Positions 1 to 10,300 of a DNA stretch of 64,000 bases are shown here, piece after piece. Numbering within the stretch: position 1 is the stretch's first letter; every line of letters starts with the position of its first letter. Location: IMG/VR virus record IMGVR_UViG_3300008108_000013. One strand, given 5' to 3'. Origin of the DNA: a virus (lineage: Duplodnaviria > Heunggongvirae > Uroviricota > Caudoviricetes). The position numbers and the translations under genes are program-made. The notes under the pieces are model-generated. The model saw nothing but the letters and a program-made list of their open reading frames with translations, had not been told where the DNA came from and ran no database searches.

Positions 1-842
1 AATTTAATTGTATCGTTAAGTTGATTTTGAATTACTGGGAAAGTTGTAACACCTGTAGTGCTATTAAAAACCCTTAATCTTGGTGTATCCCCAACTGTAA
101 ATCCTGCATCGCTAAATTGAACTAGACTATCAAAAAGGGCACTTCCTTTTTGTACAAAATTAGCGGCTTCGATTCCACCTAATCTTTCTGTGTTAGATGA
201 TGTTCCCCAGAAACGATGATTAGCTACTGTTTCGCCTAAATTGTTATCATCGTTAGTATATGCTAATGTAACGCCTTGACGAATCTTATTAAAACCAGTA
301 ATTGAACTTGTAACTGTGTCAAGAGTAAATGTGCTGTCTGCGCTGACAACAAAAATAGTATCGCCGTCAACAATAGCTTCAATAATAGCGTGAGTTTGGC
401 CCAACGAGTCTCTTACTGAGCGTGAGCGCATTTGAGTTGTTTGTGATCCTGCTACACCTTGAGGACCTACTAGTACATAAGTTGAGCCGTCCCAAGTGTA
501 AAGTTGTTTGTTTTGTGTATCAAACCAAAAATCACCTACTGTTAATCCTGTTGGTGCAGTTGTTCCAATCTCAGCACCGCCGGTTGTACGCCATTTGCTA
601 CCATTATCATAAAACTTTAGCTTAGAGTTTGCTGTGTCAAACCAAAGCTGTCCGGATTGTGGGCGGGGTGGAGGGTTGTTTCCTGCAAAATTTTCAAGCA
701 AGAATAAGAAGTTTTCGTTCTGTACTTCGCCGTAGCCGGCATAATTTTTACCGATTATCTTAAGATCAGTAGTGCTGTCAATCGTACCGTCGGCTACAGT
801 CGCTACAACTTGTCCTCTATAATTATTAATGGTATATGGCAT
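1..842 (-). CDS. Tail fibre/baseplate-associated protein, paralog of 888..2576 and 2576..4723 (3' end outside window; not in ORF track)
   Basis: Manual translation from the ATG at 842 gives MPYTINNYRGQVVATVADGTIDSTTDLKIIGKNYAGYGEVQNENFLFLLENFAGNNPPPRPQSGQLWFD. This is the same GKN-GYG...ENF-LLENFA...GQLW(Y/F)D N-terminal module as the two neighbouring genes. AAGGA SD and a late promoter lie upstream. Confidence 0.85.
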   Translation of the reverse strand, partial: MPYTINNYRGQVVATVADGTIDSTTDLKIIGKNYAGYGEVQNENFLFLLENFAGNNPPPRPQSGQLWFDTANSKLKFYDNGSKWRTTGGAEIGTTAPTGLTVGDFWFDTQNKQLYTWDGSTYVLVGPQGVAGSQTTQMRSRSVRDSLGQTHAIIEAIVDGDTIFVVSADSTFTLDTVTSSITGFNKIRQGVTLAYTNDDNNLGETVANHRFWGTSSNTERLGGIEAANFVQKGSALFDSLVQFSDAGFTVGDTPRLRVFNSTTGVTTFPVIQNQLNDTIK

Positions 843-866
843 TTTTCAATGATTCCTTATTCCTAG

Positions 867-874
867 TATTTATG
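867..874 (-). promoter_or_regulatory. T4-type late promoter (CATAAATA)
   Basis: The minus strand reads GCATAAATAC in the 45-bp gap upstream of the ATG at 842, one mismatch from the T4 late consensus TATAAATA. Confidence 0.7.
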
Positions 875-887
875 CAGTTTTAAGCTA

Positions 888-2576
888 TTATAGGTTTCCT
901 ATAAAGACCCAAACTCCACCAGTTAATCTAAATTCTTTTATTTGTCCTAACGAACTAACATCAGGGCAAAATACTCTCACATAGGTATTATCTTCGTGCT
1001 CGGCTGCTGGAAATACCTTTGATAAAACAGTAGATGCAATAGCTAATTCTGGATCTCCTGGGAACGCCGCAAGGAAGGGTGCATAATTTACTGTCAACCC
1101 TGATGGTACTGTCCTTGCTGTTTGTTCTAATGTAGATAAATTCACTGCATCGTTGGGATCTACAGGATTTGCAAGATTTGTAATTTTTTTACTGCTAACA
1201 TTAACAACACCAGCTCCTTTAGGAACTAGCACTATATTACCATCAGCAACTGAAATATTAACAAAACTAATAGTTTCTCCGTTAATATTAATATTATCAA
1301 CTTGTAACTGATTTAATGTTCCGATTGAGGTAAGTCCGTTAGCACTAGTTATTGTTGTACCAAGAGCTGTTTGACTTAGAACTTCGTTATTTCCGATCTG
1401 ATAAATTTTTCCAGTATCTAAATTAACATTTTCGCTGAAATTCCACGATTCATTGCTAGACAACCAAGTGATTGTTTTATTGCCATCTTCACCGGCAGCT
1501 AGGCTTATTCCACCGCCGTTGGCTGTAGAATTTGTAGGAACATCTACTTTGCCTAATTCAACTAACAAATCTTCAATAGAAATGTTTGTAGTGTTTATAG
1601 TTGTAGTATTTCCTTCTACTGTTAAGTTTCCTCTAATTCTTGTATCGCCTGCAACGTCTAGAGTAGCTGTAGGTGCATCGGTGTAGATACCAACAAAGTC
1701 TAATTGTGCATTAACATACATGCTGGTTTTTAATTCAACACCGTTTTTATTTCTTATAGCTAAATTTTGATTAGGAATATTTGAGTTTATTTCTAAAGTA
1801 TTAGACTCGTATTTGAATTCGGTATTTTGAGAACTACCTAAAATAAGAGGTATATTGTTTTGAGCTCTAATCGTTCCGTTACTTAAAGTGTATCCAGCTG
1901 CCGGATCAACTTGCATAAAACTTGCGGCAACTTTAGCTCCGTCCGATGACGCAAGGCTATCTGCTTGAACTGCATTAGCATTAATTTTAATTTCGCTATA
2001 TGCAGGATTAAAACCAACACTTACTGATGCACCAGTATAACCGGGAATATCATTCAATAAAGTAAATGCTACTGTACTCCATATACCAACTAACACTTGT
2101 CCTACATAAAGTAAAACAATCGTTCTACCAATATTGTTTGTATCAACTACTGTCTGAACTTGGAATCCGCTAATACCCTGCTGTGCTGTATAAATTGGAC
2201 CTGCTAATAAATTAGCATTACCATCATTGAAATATAATTGCTGTCTTGAACTATCGATCCAAATGTCACCTTGAGCAAAACTGCTAGGCTGCACCGGTGA
2301 AACTATAGTTCCTCCAGAAACTTTGAATCCAGAACCGTCATAAACTTTAAGACGGCCTTCAGTAGTGTCATACCATAATTGTCCTTCTATAGGATTATTA
2401 GGTTGTGTTGTATTAGCAAAGTTTTCCAGTATCTTAATAAAGTTTTCATTAAGGAATTCACCGTAACTGGTTGAATTTTTACCAACTAATGTAATGTCTG
2501 TTGCAATTTGATCAATAGTGCCTTCAACAACTTCTGTTAACACTGACCCGTCTGTTTTGTTAATAATATAGCTCAT
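888..2576 (-). CDS. Tail fibre/baseplate-associated structural protein (562 aa)
   Basis: Carries the shared N-terminal module (GKNSTSYG...ENFIKILENFA...GQLWYD). The beta-rich C-terminal half has a VEGNTTTINTTNISIED motif also seen in 47493..48503. Confidence 0.7.
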   Translation of the reverse strand: MSYIINKTDGSVLTEVVEGTIDQIATDITLVGKNSTSYGEFLNENFIKILENFANTTQPNNPIEGQLWYDTTEGRLKVYDGSGFKVSGGTIVSPVQPSSFAQGDIWIDSSRQQLYFNDGNANLLAGPIYTAQQGISGFQVQTVVDTNNIGRTIVLLYVGQVLVGIWSTVAFTLLNDIPGYTGASVSVGFNPAYSEIKINANAVQADSLASSDGAKVAASFMQVDPAAGYTLSNGTIRAQNNIPLILGSSQNTEFKYESNTLEINSNIPNQNLAIRNKNGVELKTSMYVNAQLDFVGIYTDAPTATLDVAGDTRIRGNLTVEGNTTTINTTNISIEDLLVELGKVDVPTNSTANGGGISLAAGEDGNKTITWLSSNESWNFSENVNLDTGKIYQIGNNEVLSQTALGTTITSANGLTSIGTLNQLQVDNININGETISFVNISVADGNIVLVPKGAGVVNVSSKKITNLANPVDPNDAVNLSTLEQTARTVPSGLTVNYAPFLAAFPGDPELAIASTVLSKVFPAAEHEDNTYVRVFCPDVSSLGQIKEFRLTGGVWVFIGNL

Positions 2577-4723
2577 TATAGTACACCAGTATAGATAATA
2601 TAATTAATTGTCAGGTAAGGGTTCATCACATTAAACGGTTGGCCAATTGTCGGACTAATAACATTACCGCTGTTTCTTAAACCTGATCCTAATCCAGATG
2701 CACTTCCTAATCCTGGGTCAGCGCCAGGATCTGCACCAGCACCAGGAAGGCCTGCGGCATAATATTGCGCGAATCCGCTATTTAAATTATGCTTGTGGTC
2801 TGGAAGGTTTCTAACTTCTAAAGATCTGAATTCGCCAACATTAGTACCCGAACCTAAAGTATCAGCAACTACGTCAGTTACACGGTTAGCACTACCGCCG
2901 CCTGCGGGAACATTAATGGTTGGATCGTCTTTATCTGGAATTAATAATCCGTTGTCCATGTTATCGCGACCTAGACCAAATCTTCCTCGTAAATCCGGCA
3001 ATGCAAAAGATGCTTTACCTATTAACAATGAAGGCGTTTTATATGTATAACCAATGACAGCAAACAACGCCGAATATTCGCTAACCTTTAATTCTGTTCC
3101 GTCACAAAATAAGTAACCAGCTGGCGGTGCTGAACCTGCATAAGGAAATATAGCACCAATTGGTACAGTTGGAACGTTGGCTAAGAAGACATCCTTAGTC
3201 ATCTTTCTTAAACCAATACCGCTTCTAAATACTAATAATTGATCAGAACCAAATGATTCTGTTGTTGGTTCTTTTAGATCAATCGCATCTTGTGTAAGAG
3301 TAGTAAAGAATCTCTGATATCCTGAAGGAGTAGTTCCACCTTGTGGAAGTTGTCCGTCAAACACAACATCAGATGTTGTTTCTAAATCACCTCTAATCTG
3401 GAATCGAGTAGGACTTGCTAGTTTTGCGGCACTTCCCGAGATATCACCGGCTAATGTTCCTGTAAAGGCACCGTTAAAATTACCAACAAATGATTGAGAA
3501 TATATATTTCTAAAAGGTCTTGCACTGCTTCCGATATCGTATAAATTTGCGGCGTCAGCAGAGCCAGGTTGAATGACTGTTCCGGCTATAGGATCGCCAT
3601 TTGTGTCTAGATTGTTAAAGTGTATCCCGCCATTGACATTAATGTCGCCGCCGAACTGACTTTGTTTATTAACACTTAGGCCACCATTAGTTGCAATACT
3701 ACCAACGCCTAGTACTGTTGCATCGGTAGTTCCTAATACTTTTAAATCTCCGGATGATTGAATTGTCCCAACTACGTCAAGTTCATACTCCGGAACTTTA
3801 TTACTTGATCCTACTCTAACATATCCGTTAGCTTCAATTCGAACTGCATCAATCGGATTTCCGCCGCTGGTTAATCTAAATTGCAAATAGCTATCATTTG
3901 TCTTAGAATAAAATATCGATGAGTTTGTATCTGTTGAGATATTAAAACTTAAATCGCTACCAACACTCAATCCGTTGTTGTTTCGAATATTAATAGGAAA
4001 GTTACTGGTACTAGATTCGTCGTTTCTTAAAAAATTACTAGCTAAAACTGTTTGTCCTCTAACAACTAAAGAATCTGCTTTACTAGCAGTACCCCAAAAT
4101 TTTGTAGGGCTTGTTGTATTAGTTTCGTCAACTGATGATAAATTTACACCTTGTCCTACTGAAGCAAATCCTGCAAGTGTAGTTTTAGGTGTAAAAGATG
4201 TTTTACTAATAATTGCGATTCTATTGTTTTCAGACCATAAAGTAAGAATATCATGGTCTATGTTATTAGTATCAGTAATTGTTTCAATATCTGGACCTGT
4301 TTTAGATCCTTCGCTAAATTGAGGACCGATTAACAACCAATTAGATCCAGAATAAACATATAACTGTTTCTTTTCTGTATTAACCCACAAGTCTCCAGTA
4401 ATACTACTTGCAACACTAGGTTCGTTTGACGATTTCTTTACACTTCCTGCGGCAGTCCAAGTCGTACCATCATAAATTTTTAAAAGATTTACGTTAGGAC
4501 TATTGTCGTACCATAATTGGCCTTGAACAGGATTTAATGGTGCAGAATTTTTAGCAAAGTTTTCTAGCAAATGCAAAAAGTTTTCAGCTACGATTGGCCC
4601 GTAACCGGCATAGTTCTTTCCGGGAAACTTTAAACTAGTTTCTTGGTTAAGACTTTGGTCTTGTACTACGTATGGCGGTTTTGCCGGATTAGTCTGTTCA
4701 GTATGATTTACTTGATATGACAT
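2576..4723 (-). CDS. Short tail fibre-like protein with C-terminal phage tail collar domain (715 aa)
   Basis: Collar motif VPIGAIFPYAGSAPPAGYLFCDG...YSALFAVIG...FALPDLRGRF, then HKH and a terminal NPYLTINYII; shared N-terminal module. Confidence 0.85.
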   Translation of the reverse strand: MSYQVNHTEQTNPAKPPYVVQDQSLNQETSLKFPGKNYAGYGPIVAENFLHLLENFAKNSAPLNPVQGQLWYDNSPNVNLLKIYDGTTWTAAGSVKKSSNEPSVASSITGDLWVNTEKKQLYVYSGSNWLLIGPQFSEGSKTGPDIETITDTNNIDHDILTLWSENNRIAIISKTSFTPKTTLAGFASVGQGVNLSSVDETNTTSPTKFWGTASKADSLVVRGQTVLASNFLRNDESSTSNFPINIRNNNGLSVGSDLSFNISTDTNSSIFYSKTNDSYLQFRLTSGGNPIDAVRIEANGYVRVGSSNKVPEYELDVVGTIQSSGDLKVLGTTDATVLGVGSIATNGGLSVNKQSQFGGDINVNGGIHFNNLDTNGDPIAGTVIQPGSADAANLYDIGSSARPFRNIYSQSFVGNFNGAFTGTLAGDISGSAAKLASPTRFQIRGDLETTSDVVFDGQLPQGGTTPSGYQRFFTTLTQDAIDLKEPTTESFGSDQLLVFRSGIGLRKMTKDVFLANVPTVPIGAIFPYAGSAPPAGYLFCDGTELKVSEYSALFAVIGYTYKTPSLLIGKASFALPDLRGRFGLGRDNMDNGLLIPDKDDPTINVPAGGGSANRVTDVVADTLGSGTNVGEFRSLEVRNLPDHKHNLNSGFAQYYAAGLPGAGADPGADPGLGSASGLGSGLRNSGNVISPTIGQPFNVMNPYLTINYIIYTGVL

Positions 4724-4726
4724 TTA

Positions 4727-5335
4727 TTAAACTCCCGCAAGGCCTGTTAGACTTTGAATACGAACTGTATAATCAATTTGTATCAAACGATTAAGTGATT
4801 TCTGCACTGGATGGAAAATAACATGGGTCAGTAACAGACTGTTTCCCGATGCGCTATAACTTTTTAAACCTAATTCGTCAAAAATGTAAAGTCCATCTGC
4901 ATCAGTTGATGTGTCAAATGCTTGTTGGCCACTGGGCTCACCGTAATCTAACAAGCAGGTAACAAATACATCGGTGTAATTTGTACCAGTAACATGACGT
5001 GTTTCAATAAAATTACGGGTAGGATCTACGTTGTTACTAGATCTGTCGTCGACTACTTTAGAATATGTTTCATTGTAAAGACTAGCGTTAGTTCCTGAGC
5101 TGTTTGGAGTCAAGTATGTAATAATACCAGTCGGGTCAACTGCGGTTCCGCCGTTGCCAAACGCCATTTCATAAATAAATCCCTGGCCGCTATTAGCAAT
5201 ACTCTGTGCTAATGCAATACTAATATTCTCATAATGAATGGCATTTCTTTTATTAATAAAGACTTCCCCAGATTCTGGGTTAAAAATCTTGATATGCCCT
5301 TCGATATGTACTCCGGTTACGTCTTTACTCTGCAT
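4727..5335 (-). CDS. Hypothetical virion structural protein (202 aa)
   Basis: Clean ORF within the tail block, with GAGAG SD and a late promoter upstream; beta-rich. Confidence 0.6.
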   Translation of the reverse strand: MQSKDVTGVHIEGHIKIFNPESGEVFINKRNAIHYENISIALAQSIANSGQGFIYEMAFGNGGTAVDPTGIITYLTPNSSGTNASLYNETYSKVVDDRSSNNVDPTRNFIETRHVTGTNYTDVFVTCLLDYGEPSGQQAFDTSTDADGLYIFDELGLKSYSASGNSLLLTHVIFHPVQKSLNRLIQIDYTVRIQSLTGLAGV

Positions 5336-5355
5336 AGTAATCTCTCTTTATTCAA

Positions 5356-5363
5356 TATTTATC
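5356..5363 (-). promoter_or_regulatory. T4-type late promoter (GATAAATA)
   Basis: In the intergenic gap, about 20 nt upstream of the ATG at 5335. Confidence 0.65.
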
Positions 5364-5391
5364 AATGTATATAAAGTAGTCAGTTAATTCG

Positions 5392-7395
5392 TTATATTGC
5401 TCGTTCTGATATGATAAAGAACTGGGCACCAGTATATACTGCTTCCATAACTGTTAATGCCGGAATAATAAATCCCGAAGTTCCGCTGCCGAAATCTAAA
5501 GCAATTTCGCCATCAGTATTGTTTATTACTAATGTTCTCTGCCCACTTACTACTCGATCAACGAAGCTTATTGTATAAATTCCTTCGTAAACATACGCAG
5601 GTGCCTCGTTAATCTGGATAGTATCAGCACCCTCTAACAGATCAATAAGCCCACCGACAGTTTCTACTAACGTTAACGAACGTGTGTAGGCAGTGGTCTG
5701 TACCGTAGAATCCGGGAATTGTATAGAGCCATCAGTCTTAAATATCCATTCCAAACTTCCAAGACCGCCGATGCCATGAGTTATGTGTAGTCCGGCGTCC
5801 TTTTCAATAGTTATAGATGAATTAGCATGCCAGCCGCCGAGTGGCATTGGTGGCTCATCGGGGTTATTCCATGTTAATCCGTCCCCACTGCTTGGCATTG
5901 TTAAACTACCACTTGCATTAAATGTCCAAATCTTTTCTGCTTCGTCGTTGAAAGATGTGACAATGCTAATGCCGTCAGTTGTGCTGTAGTTTCTTAAGGC
6001 AAATCCAACTGAAGAAGTTAAAATAACATCCTCGCCGGCAGTCGCTTGTAAATCTGCAATAGATTCTAAAATTAAATTAGTAGTAGATGTAAGTGTACTT
6101 GGTATTGTTACTAATCCTTCACTAGTTAATTCGACACTGAAAGATCCATTATTCAACGAAGAAATATCAGCAGGTGATTCTCCCTGATATGCAGTTGTCT
6201 GTATAGTACCATCTTGGAATACTATCCCAGTTCGAATTCCTAATATACTTCCGCCTGCAATATAAACATCACCGTAGAAAGCAGTTCCGCCAACAATTTC
6301 CATGTTAGTAGTTAATGTTGCGGTTGGTAATACAGGTGCTGGAGGAAAATCGTGGGATGTGTCTGCTACTAATGTTCCCATGGTTATTCCAGAGCGAGTC
6401 TCCGACTGTATTCCACCTGCGTTAAGTTCGATACCGCCCGGACTAGTATATCCCAGGCCTTCAACATAATCATCAACAATGTTAGAGTTAATTCTAATAA
6501 CGTGAGGTGCTGATTCGTTAATTGGCGACTCAACTCTTACGTATGATTTAAGATCGTAGTTTCCTAAAGTTATGCTTTCATCAGTTTGTACTGCTATTAT
6601 TTGAGTTTGATCAGCGAGGGTACCTAAAGCAATCGTTGGTCCTAATAGTATTCCATCATTTCTAAATTGCCATTGAGTTGTAATTTCATCAGTAATATTT
6701 TGATGGTACATGCTAATTCCGGCACTCGTGACAGTTACTTGATTAACTATCTCTGTTCCATCTGTCCACCCTAAACTAGTATAATTAATTTCTCCGGTAG
6801 TAAACAACGAAACACCAAAATCTGATTGCAAAATACTGTGAGTTAATCCCTCTACTTCGCTATAAGTTAGAATAGCATTTCCGGATTCTAGAGCAGATGC
6901 TATTCCAATGCTTGCCACCTTTAAAACTCCATCAACAATCTCTAGCCCGTCTCCAACTTTAATTCCGCCCTTAGTTGTTGGGCTAGCAGTTGGTAAGGTA
7001 TAAGGAGTAGCGACTGCACTTAGTACACCCTCATTATTAATCGTTAGGTTATCACCGACTTTGATGCCACCTAATATATTAGATGCAGCCTTTGGCAGGG
7101 AGTAGGCTGTAGCTGATAATATTCCATCAGTGATAGTTAGTCCGCTACCTACTTTGATTACACCTGCCTGTGTTTCTGATGCAGGCAATGCGTTAACAGT
7201 AACTGAACCATATGGATTACTAACTGATATACCGTTTCCTGCAACAACTCCTGAAACAACACTTAATGTCCCGTCTGCAGAAAATGCATCATATAATTCA
7301 GTAAAATTAGCGTTGATTTTCTGAGCGCCGGCTCTTAACGTGTCGCCTGTGCCGTCGTTTATCGTGGTTCCAAAATTTATTGTTTGCTTTGCCAT
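5392..7395 (-). CDS. Baseplate/tail-fibre connector with T4 gp9/gp10-type N-terminus (667 aa)
   Basis: The N-terminus MAKQTINFGTTINDGTGDTLRAGAQKINANFTELY is the gp9/gp10 family motif (DGTGDxLR...KxNxNFxELY). Three LPxA....GGIKVG repeats and two F(Q/P)D(G/S)TxQTTAY repeats follow. Confidence 0.75.
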   Translation of the reverse strand: MAKQTINFGTTINDGTGDTLRAGAQKINANFTELYDAFSADGTLSVVSGVVAGNGISVSNPYGSVTVNALPASETQAGVIKVGSGLTITDGILSATAYSLPKAASNILGGIKVGDNLTINNEGVLSAVATPYTLPTASPTTKGGIKVGDGLEIVDGVLKVASIGIASALESGNAILTYSEVEGLTHSILQSDFGVSLFTTGEINYTSLGWTDGTEIVNQVTVTSAGISMYHQNITDEITTQWQFRNDGILLGPTIALGTLADQTQIIAVQTDESITLGNYDLKSYVRVESPINESAPHVIRINSNIVDDYVEGLGYTSPGGIELNAGGIQSETRSGITMGTLVADTSHDFPPAPVLPTATLTTNMEIVGGTAFYGDVYIAGGSILGIRTGIVFQDGTIQTTAYQGESPADISSLNNGSFSVELTSEGLVTIPSTLTSTTNLILESIADLQATAGEDVILTSSVGFALRNYSTTDGISIVTSFNDEAEKIWTFNASGSLTMPSSGDGLTWNNPDEPPMPLGGWHANSSITIEKDAGLHITHGIGGLGSLEWIFKTDGSIQFPDSTVQTTAYTRSLTLVETVGGLIDLLEGADTIQINEAPAYVYEGIYTISFVDRVVSGQRTLVINNTDGEIALDFGSGTSGFIIPALTVMEAVYTGAQFFIISERAI

Positions 7396-7398
7396 GTT

Positions 7399-10300
7399 TT
7401 ATCCTTGATCAAACGTGATCGATGTACTATCAAATGTTCCATCATCTCTATCAAATGTATTCGGATCACCTAAAGTACTGTCATATTTACCTATAGTTGC
7501 ATACCATACTACAGGCGCCGCTTTTAGGAATCTCGAAATCTTATTATCTTCATCTAAAATACTAGTTACAGAATCCCAGTCGGTTCCTGTTCTTTTTACA
7601 ACAGTAACCCTAGTACCAAGTTTTAAATTGTTAGTTAATGTTAAACTTGCTGTTTGATTATCAACTGTAAAGTCAGCGTCTAATACAACATCGCCTTCGG
7701 GACTTTCTGGATGAATTGCAACGCTATGAACAGAATAACTGTCTTTCTTCAGTCTTATATTTCCAACAAAGAAAGACCACTTAGTCGAATCAGATTTAAA
7801 ATTATCCGAACTTGTATGTGCTAAAACGCATTTATATGTATAAGTTCCAACCTCAACAACATCGTCGACTTTATAAGATACTCCTGACTGCCACGGAACT
7901 GAACTATATCCGCCAACGAATGCTTCAATGGAGCTTTTAGCAAGTCCTGTTGCTTCTTGTGCTGTCATGGCTCTACCCTGATATCTCCAAGAAGTGTCAA
8001 AGTTTCCAGGAACGAATGATAAACCTACATTTTCTGTGCCGTCAGCTTTAACTTGGTCAATTACTGAACTTTCAACATAAGGTAATGTTTCACTAGCCCC
8101 TATATCCTGAACGTAACTGTTAACTGGATGCAGTGATGGAACTCCAGTACCAAGCGTTCCTCGACGTAACTGTCCTAATACGTTTCCGCTGATACTAAAA
8201 TATTCAATTCTTTCGCCTCTGATTTCAACTACACCAGGTTTGTTATTTGCTGTGCTTGGTAAATCAAAATTACTTGCATCTTCTACTTCAATTGTAGTAT
8301 CTGTATAAGATAGTGGTTTTACTAAACGAGTTCTCTTATCTGCGTTTAATCTCTTAAAATGAACTCTGTTAAGCATATCCTTAAACTGCATATAAGACAC
8401 ACCCGACGTTAAAACATTACTACTAAACGTAATAACAGTAAAGTCATCATCGATCTTTGCAGGTAAAGCTAATTTAATACTGTGTCTATCCTTGTTTAAT
8501 TTGTAATCAACACTCGGTGTTAAAAGACTAGCATTTTTAACTACCCAAACATAACTTTCATCAAGAACTGATCGATCTAATTGTATTAGGCCGCCTGTTA
8601 GTCCTCTGTATTCATAGTATTCAGGAGTATCAGGAGTCAACGATAAATTAGAAGATATTCGAATTCTCGATCTCTGGATGTCTAGGATGTCATGTTTATA
8701 AAAACTAATAACTTCAATACTATCCGAAGGATCAAAATTCTCTATAAATTGTATTTTTGGCCCTTCTGTCTCAGTCGGAGGTACATAAGTGTACTCTTGA
8801 TCTCGACGTACTGCGATAATTAATTTTTTTCCTATGTAGTTTTGTGCTACATATTCATTTAAGACAATACTAATATTACTTAATTCAACAGTATAATCAA
8901 CACCACCATTTAATACTTGACTATCAGCTAATACAACAATGTCATCTGTAGAAATGCTATAAGGCAAATATTTTGCAGGATCGATAAAATATTCTACAAT
9001 CCCAGGCTCAATAGTGTAATAACTGCTGTTAGGTGCTTTTAAGATTCTTTGATTTACGCGAACAAGCATACTTGATTCAACAGGAACAATATCACCTACT
9101 ACATAGTACAAATCGTATAACGATCCGCCATTACCCGGAAACTTTTCAGTTGTGGCAATCGAATATGTTCTTTCATTACCGCTAATGAGAATGAAATTTA
9201 CTAGAGATCCGTTCGCTGGAGGTACACTAAAATAAAGACCAACTCTACCTGGTGACTCATAAGATAAATCTGTTTCGAACAACGCAGGATTACCAGGTTG
9301 TGCTGGTTGTCCATCAACATATACTTGATATGTTATATTATCTACATATGGAGCATTAGTAACAAACTCGGTCTGAACACCGTCTCCGATAAAATAGTTA
9401 ATGTCTAATATCTTAGAACCGTTAAATTCAAAACTAAAAATAGAAACTAGCGTTCCTTCAGGAGGTGCTTCGTTTAAAGTTACTAATCTATTAGAATAAT
9501 CGAAAGTGAAATCTTCTCCTAGAGATTTAATCGATGAAACAGAAACCAGCTCGTCGGTAATTTCATCTCGTTCACCGGTGGTAAATTTAACAATTAATGC
9601 CGAAGGACTATTTGGTTGTTGGCTAACAGCAAATTCTTTCGTTACTCCATCGGCGATATAGCTATCTACTTTAATATTTGCCGAACCGGCGCTTGGCCTA
9701 TCGTAGACTTTAATCGCAACAGCATCGACAATTTGTCCCGGAACTACTTCTTCAGGAGCAGGGCTCGATGTAGGAGTAACAAATCCGTCGCCATCAACTA
9801 AGATATCATCGGCAGCTAATCCTGTAGCAGTTGAGTATGCTAAATTTCCACCGCTTAGAGCAGTATCATAATCAGTATCTTGTGGAACGATTGATCCGTC
9901 GCTAGTACTCTTGCGCCATATAAATCTGTCGCCGTCGAGTACTGTAAATGTTGATGGAATACTAAAAGTTTTATATGTAGGATTAACTAAATCATCAGGT
10001 ATTCCATCAGATATAATAGTTTGCATGATAGCTGTAGAATTCAACAACACTGGAATAGAGTCGTATGTATCTTGAGCGATGTTTACTTCTATCTGTGCAT
10101 GATTCTTTTCAGCTAACTTATCTGCAATATCTTGATCAAGATTTGATAAATCATTACTTACTGAATCTATTTGATCTTGTACCGCAGGAATTTCTGTATT
10201 CACTAAATCATTTATACGGTTAACTGATTCAATGTATAGAGGATTGCTTGGATCAAGTCCATCGATAATGACATTTAATGCATTTAATTCCGTTTGTAGT

